Assembly (NCBI GenBank): GCA_949287815.1
Contig: CASEHS010000012.1
Span: forward strand, 26,866-65,255
DNA: 38,390 nt
Direction: 5' to 3'
Source: an uncultured Bacillota bacterium
GTDB taxonomy: Bacteria; Bacillota; Clostridia; Christensenellales; Borkfalkiaceae
Shown: piece by piece, positions 34,396-38,390 of the stretch
Layout: every line of letters begins with the position of its first letter
Position numbering within the stretch: the stretch's first letter is position 1
Notes under the pieces: model-generated
Database searches by the model: none
The model's input: only the letters and a program-made list of their open reading frames with translations
Told to the model about the DNA's origin: nothing
Program-made: the position numbers and the translations under genes

Positions 34396-35698
34396 AAAGT
34401 TCGGAACGGACGGCATTCGCGGTATTGCAAACGAGGATTTGACGGCGCGCACGGCGTTTGCGCTCGGCAATGCGCTTTGCAGGCTCAAACAAAACCCGAA
34501 AGTGGTGATCGGCAGGGATACGCGCGTATCGTCGGATATGTTTATGCTGGCGGTTGCGGCGGGTATCACTTCGGGCGGCGGCGATGTGATAGACGGCGGC
34601 GTCATACCTACTGCCGCCACGGCTTTTTTCGTTCGGAAAACGGGTGCGGATTTCGGTGTTGTGATCAGCGCGTCGCACAATCCTGCAAAATTCAACGGTC
34701 TGAAAGTGTTTGACGAGCGGGGCAGGAAACTTTGTGAAAAGGCGGAGTGCAGGGCAGAAAAGTATTTTGACGAGTACGCTTTTTCGGGTTCTTTGTCGGC
34801 AGGTCGGTTTTCGCCCCTTTTCAGGAAAGAGGATTATACCGATTTTCTGGTTTCGTGCTGCGGTGTTTCGCTCAAAGGCAAGAAGTTTGCGCTCGACTGC
34901 GCGAACGGAGCGGCTGGCGGGTTTGCGGCGGAAGTTTTCGAACGGCTGGGAGCGAAAGTAGTGGTTTGCGGTATCGGACGGGGCGGCACGGACATCAACG
35001 ACGGCTGCGGCGCATTGCATCCCGAACGGGTACGCGCGCTCGTCAAGGAAACGGGTGCGGATGCGGGGTTTTCCTATGACGGAGATGCCGACAGGCTGAT
35101 CGCTTGCGACGAAAAGGGCGGGCTTGTGGACGGCGATAAAATTCTCTGCGTGTTTGCGCAGGAAATGAAATCGCGCAAGACTTTAAAGAAAGATATCGTC
35201 GTCGGAACGACGCACACGAATACGGGTGCGGAACTTGCGCTTGCAAAGATGGGGGTGCGCCTGATCCGCACGGACATCGGCGATAAATATGTTGCTGAGG
35301 CAATGGAAAAGAGCGGTGCGCAGATCGGCGGGGAGCAGTCGGGGCATATTATTTTATCCGATTATTCCACGACGGGCGACGGCATTCTGACCTCTGTCAA
35401 GCTTGCCGAACTGATCTCGGAAAAGAAGCTTTCAAAACTCGCGGATATCAAACTTTTCCCGCAGTGCAATGCGAGCATAAAAGTCAAAGACAAGGTGCGC
35501 GTGCTCGGCGACGAAATGTTGCGCGAAGAAATCGACAGGGCGCGGGAGAAAGTGGCGCGCCTCGTTGTCCGTGCATCGGGAACGGAGCCCGTTATCCGTA
35601 TTTTTGCCGAAGCGGAGAGTTTGAAAACGGCAAAAAATGCGGTGGAACAGGTGAAAAGGTCGATCGCGGCGTCAGAAGAAGGATATTCAGCCGATTAG
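34388..35698 (+). CDS. glmM: Phosphoglucosamine mutase
   Basis: ATG at 34388 follows AAAGGAGG. GTDGIRG start, phosphoserine loop SASHNPAKFNGLKV, metal-binding loop FSYDGDADR (DGDADR-type), overall ~436 aa. Confidence 0.92.
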   Translation: MSEKFGTDGIRGIANEDLTARTAFALGNALCRLKQNPKVVIGRDTRVSSDMFMLAVAAGITSGGGDVIDGGVIPTAATAFFVRKTGADFGVVISASHNPAKFNGLKVFDERGRKLCEKAECRAEKYFDEYAFSGSLSAGRFSPLFRKEDYTDFLVSCCGVSLKGKKFALDCANGAAGGFAAEVFERLGAKVVVCGIGRGGTDINDGCGALHPERVRALVKETGADAGFSYDGDADRLIACDEKGGLVDGDKILCVFAQEMKSRKTLKKDIVVGTTHTNTGAELALAKMGVRLIRTDIGDKYVAEAMEKSGAQIGGEQSGHIILSDYSTTGDGILTSVKLAELISEKKLSKLADIKLFPQCNASIKVKDKVRVLGDEMLREEIDRAREKVARLVVRASGTEPVIRIFAEAESLKTAKNAVEQVKRSIAASEEGYSAD

Positions 35699-35824
35699 GT
35701 GCGGTTTTTTAAAAAATCAACGCTTACAAATTATCTGTTGAATCGTCAAACTAATCGCGTACTGAAAAAGTGTAATTCACTGTTTAAAGCGCAAAGATAA
35801 ATCATATCATGCGTTAAATTAAAA

Positions 35825-35858
35825 GATCAGTCGGAGCCGTTTTGGCTCCGACTGATCT
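35825..35858. terminator. Bidirectional terminator (glmM / - strand hypothetical)
   Basis: gatcagtcggagcc-gttt-tggctccgactgatc with a 14-bp stem. T-run on the - strand side. Confidence 0.8.
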
Positions 35859-35872
35859 TCTGTCAGGAGTTT

Positions 35873-36313
35873 TTACAGATAAGTTTTCAGTTTCTTTTCA
35901 TACTTTTGTTCCATATCGAGAAGCTCCTGCGCAAGCGCGAGAACTTTTTCATCTGCACAGTCTTTGCTGTCGCCGATCGAGCGGGCGAGGGCGGTAATGC
36001 CCATCACCGTGCCTTGCGTGAGCATTTCGGCAATGTGAGCGCGGGTATTGTCTTTTAGGGTACTCAGTTTGACCGAGCCCCACATCATCGCTTTTTTAAC
36101 GGGGCTGGGCTCTTTGAGTTCCACGCCCTGGTCTTTTGCGAGGATGGCGGCTTTTCCCGAAATCAGTTCGTAACCGTCGTGCATTTTTTTGAGTTCTTCG
36201 CAAAGTTCGGCGTCTTCCGTTTCGGGCATAATGTCCGAAATGGATTGAAGAGCATAATGGGTATTGCGGTAAATTTCCGCAAGAAGTTCGTTGCCCGATT
36301 TGATATCTGCCAT
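35873..36313 (-). CDS. Hypothetical alpha-helical protein (possible four-helix-bundle / ferritin-like)
   Basis: 146 aa, acidic, no TM helices. I do not recognise the family. Confidence 0.45.
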   Translation of the reverse strand: MADIKSGNELLAEIYRNTHYALQSISDIMPETEDAELCEELKKMHDGYELISGKAAILAKDQGVELKEPSPVKKAMMWGSVKLSTLKDNTRAHIAEMLTQGTVMGITALARSIGDSKDCADEKVLALAQELLDMEQKYEKKLKTYL

Positions 36314-36413
36314 AATTATTCTCCTTATACGTTCAGTTTGTGCAAAAGGCCTGTAAATATGCGCAAAAAAGCGGGAAAAGGTCGCCTAAAACATTAAAAA
36401 CAAGTAAAAACAC

Positions 36414-36443
36414 TTGACAGAAATGTTAAAAATATGTTATTCT
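36414..36443 (+). promoter_or_regulatory. Sigma-A promoter of the rplU-rpmA operon
   Basis: TTGACA (36414-36419), 18 nt, TGt-TATTCT (36435-36443). Confidence 0.55.
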
Positions 36444-36448
36444 ACAAT

Positions 36449-36473
36449 CCGAGCCGCTCGGAGCGGGCTTTTT
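36449..36473 (+). promoter_or_regulatory. Leader hairpin plus U-tract at the 5' end of the rplU leader (possible L21-leader / attenuator)
   Basis: GC-rich palindromic stem GAGCCGCTCGGAGCGGGCT followed by TTTTT, immediately after the predicted TSS. About 70 nt further to the rplU start. Confidence 0.3.
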
Positions 36474-36542
36474 AAGCGTGCCGAAAAGAAAATCGGTACC
36501 GCCTTGGCAAACGGCGAGACTGGATAGAGGAGGTAAACTATT

Positions 36543-36848
36543 TTGTACGCGATCATCGAAAACGGAAACAAGCAGTATAAGGTTTCCGAAGGCGACGTAT
36601 TGAGGCTGGAAAAGCTGGACGCTCAGGTGGGCGACAGTGTGGAATTCCCCGTAGTTATGATTTCCGCGGAAGACGGTATCAAAACGGGCGAAGAAGTCAA
36701 AACAGCTAAAGTCAGCGCGAAAGTGGAAGCGCAGGACAAGTTCAGAAAAATCGTCGTTTTCAAGTATAAGGCAAAGAAGAACGAGCGTAAAAAGCAAGGT
36801 CATCGTCAGCCTTTCACCGCAGTCAAGATCGAAAAGATCACGCTGTAA
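36543..36848 (+). CDS. rplU: 50S ribosomal protein L21
   Basis: MYAIIENGNKQYKVSEGDV... is the canonical L21 N-terminus. TTG start 9 nt after GGAGG. Confidence 0.9.
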   Translation: MYAIIENGNKQYKVSEGDVLRLEKLDAQVGDSVEFPVVMISAEDGIKTGEEVKTAKVSAKVEAQDKFRKIVVFKYKAKKNERKKQGHRQPFTAVKIEKITL

Positions 36849-36873
36849 CAATTTTTTATAGGAGGATAAATAA

Positions 36874-37149
36874 ATGATTTTCATCAGTTTATTTGCTCAT
36901 AAAAAAGGAACAGGCTCGTCGCACAACGGCAGAGACAGCGAGGCAAAACGCCTTGGTGTGAAGCGTTCCGACGGTCAGGAAGTGCTTGCCGGCAACATTC
37001 TCGTTCGTCAGCGCGGCACGAAGTTCCATCCCGGCAACAATGTCGGTATCGGTAAAGACGATACGCTCTTCGCTCTTTGCGACGGGGTTGTCAGGTTCGA
37101 AAGACTGGGCAAGGACAGAAAACAGGTCAGCGTTTACAAAGCGCAGTAA
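36874..37149 (+). CDS. rpmA: 50S ribosomal protein L27 with 7-aa N-terminal propeptide
   Basis: AGGAGG 8 nt upstream of the ATG. MIFISLF precedes the conserved mature N-terminus [15 protein letters not shown]. Confidence 0.9.
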   Translation: MIFISLFAHKKGTGSSHNGRDSEAKRLGVKRSDGQEVLAGNILVRQRGTKFHPGNNVGIGKDDTLFALCDGVVRFERLGKDRKQVSVYKAQ

Positions 37150-37160
37150 CAAAAACACAA

Positions 37161-37190
37161 ACGGCTCCGCAAAGGCGGAGCCGTGTTTTA
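37161..37190 (+). terminator. Rho-independent terminator after rpmA
   Basis: acggctccgc-aaag-gcggagccgt followed by GTTTTACTTT. Confidence 0.7.
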
Positions 37191-37273
37191 CTTTCCGAAA
37201 CTTTTCGGAAAGTTTTCTTTTAAATTAAGAGTTTATCGTTTTAAAAAGTGAGGCGCAATTTTTTGGAGGTCGA

Positions 37274-38236
37274 ATGAAAGAAGAAAAGGGGAAAAAGAAA
37301 AAATTCATACTTAATCCTCCGGCTTGGTTTGCTCTCATCGTTTTTGCGGTTTCTCTTATTTTTATTGTATTATCGATCGTTCTGGCGGCAAAAGAGGAAA
37401 AACCTTCCATACTGGCCTGTATCGTATTTGCGCTCTCTGCCTGTCTTTTAGGCTATTCGGTGTATCTTGCCGTCAGGGAAATTCCCGTTCTGAAATCAAA
37501 AATCCATTCCTTACTGGAAAGATTTCCCTTTACATACAGGCTCATCAAAGACTGGGGATACCGTGCGGGCATCGTCTTGATCGGCTCTTTTATTGTCAAC
37601 ATTCTTTACGCCATATTTGAGGGAACGCTCGCGGTTTTGGAACTTTCACTCTGGTACGGCTCGTTGGCAGGGTATCATTTTTGTTTAAGTGTAGTCAGGT
37701 TTTATATAGTAAGAAAGAACAGAACGGCGCAAAAGCAAAGCGCCCAAAAAACGGACAACAGTATTTTCGGCTGGTCTACCTTTCGCATGACGGGCGTTGC
37801 GATACTTGTTTTGTCTGTTGCGATCTCTGCCGCGGCAACGCAGATGGTTCTTTCGGATAATCATTTTAATTATGCGGGCACGATGATCTACGGCGCTGCG
37901 GCATACACTTTCTATAAATTTGCGGGCTCGATATACAGGATCATCCGCGCAAAGCGTATCCACGATCCTTTGGTTATCGCCATGAAAAATGTCGGGTTTG
38001 CCGATGCGCTTGTATCCATGCTCGGTCTGCAAAGCGCGATGATCGCAACTTTTTCGGAACAATCCATGTGGAAACTGAATGCCGTAACGGGTATAGTCGT
38101 ATGTATTTTAACGGTTGCGCTCGGTATAATAATGATCGTTTCGGGAACCAAAAAACTTCGTAAGATACGAAGCGATGCTCAAAAGACAGAAATGGCAACG
38201 GAGGATATTTCCGAAGAAGAAGGGGAAAGATTTTAA
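37274..38236 (+). CDS. Hypothetical polytopic membrane protein
   Basis: 320 aa, about 8 predicted TM helices, Lys-rich N-terminus, acidic C-terminus. No family recognised. Confidence 0.5.
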   Translation: MKEEKGKKKKFILNPPAWFALIVFAVSLIFIVLSIVLAAKEEKPSILACIVFALSACLLGYSVYLAVREIPVLKSKIHSLLERFPFTYRLIKDWGYRAGIVLIGSFIVNILYAIFEGTLAVLELSLWYGSLAGYHFCLSVVRFYIVRKNRTAQKQSAQKTDNSIFGWSTFRMTGVAILVLSVAISAAATQMVLSDNHFNYAGTMIYGAAAYTFYKFAGSIYRIIRAKRIHDPLVIAMKNVGFADALVSMLGLQSAMIATFSEQSMWKLNAVTGIVVCILTVALGIIMIVSGTKKLRKIRSDAQKTEMATEDISEEEGERF

Positions 38237-38269
38237 ATTCCGTAAAGTTAAAATTTTGAAAAAATCAAG

Positions 38270-38297
38270 CGGTGCAGTTCATCTGTGCCGTTTTTTT
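38270..38297 (+). terminator. Rho-independent terminator
   Basis: cggtgcag-ttcat-ctgtgccg (two G-U wobbles) followed by TTTTTTT. A second hairpin cccgcgga-tagt-ccgcggg lies at 38307-38328. Confidence 0.55.
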
Positions 38298-38390
38298 GTA
38301 TAGTAAAACCCGCGGATAGTCCGCGGGTAAGAAAGAGCTTAAGCGATGGAACTTGAAATAAAAACTCCGATTGTGTAAAATAAGAACTGA

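Noticed and set aside
35873-36313. 146-aa - strand protein as the missing Prp (YsxB) protease
   Set aside because: Helical acidic protein without the DUF464 Cys-His dyad motifs (GHA...VCA). Wrong strand and position.
1-38390. tRNA, rRNA, CRISPR, transposase or integrase genes
   Set aside because: No GTTCGAATC-type T-arm or cloverleaf candidates in any intergenic region, no repeat-spacer arrays, and no recombinase-like ORFs. The window looks like stable core chromosome.

Overview
This 38.4-kb window is chromosomal DNA from a Gram-positive endospore former, probably Firmicutes/Clostridia-like. Supporting points: spoIIR and sleB-ypeB are present, ribosome-binding sites are AGGAGG-type, and GC content is moderate. 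Nearly all genes are on the + strand and the region is compact.

Genes in order:
- The 5' half of dnaN on the - strand, running off the window edge.
- A 390-bp AT-rich spacer carrying a cluster of DnaA boxes. This is a candidate replication origin. It sits between divergent dnaN and rsmG, and no dnaA gene is present.
- rsmG, followed by a translationally coupled YpsA/DUF1273 (SLOG) gene.
- An NfeD-flotillin pair.
- feoA-feoA-feoB plus the FeoB-associated Cys-rich protein.
- An rlmI-like methyltransferase on the - strand, and dxs driven by a perfect consensus promoter.
- A COG2426-type membrane protein.
- A phosphate supercluster: pstSCAB-phoU, a Na/Pi cotransporter, and a PhoP/PhoR-like two-component pair. 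The pstS and Na/Pi promoters share phased TTACA (Pho-box-like) direct repeats.
- A GH29 alpha-L-fucosidase.
- A - strand operon nrdG | nrdD-trxB-like. NrdD carries a C-terminal glutaredoxin-like domain. The thioredoxin-reductase-like flavoprotein lacks the NADPH-binding motifs. Tandem NrdR boxes lie on a consensus promoter.
- A DUF2156::GNAT fusion gene.
- spoIIR and sleB-ypeB.
- A - strand GH27 alpha-galactosidase with a coupled small Cys protein, divergent from an AraC regulator.
- A stand-alone GlmU acetyltransferase domain overlapping glmM.
- rplU and rpmA. L27 has an N-terminal propeptide but there is no prp gene between them.
- Two hypothetical proteins, one soluble and one membrane.

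I found no rRNA, tRNA, CRISPR array, transposase or integrase.

The items most worth a second look are: (i) the ferredoxin/thiol-type redox relay apparently built into the class III RNR operon; (ii) the dnaA-less DnaA-box origin candidate; (iii) L27 propeptide without an adjacent Prp; (iv) the split GlmU.
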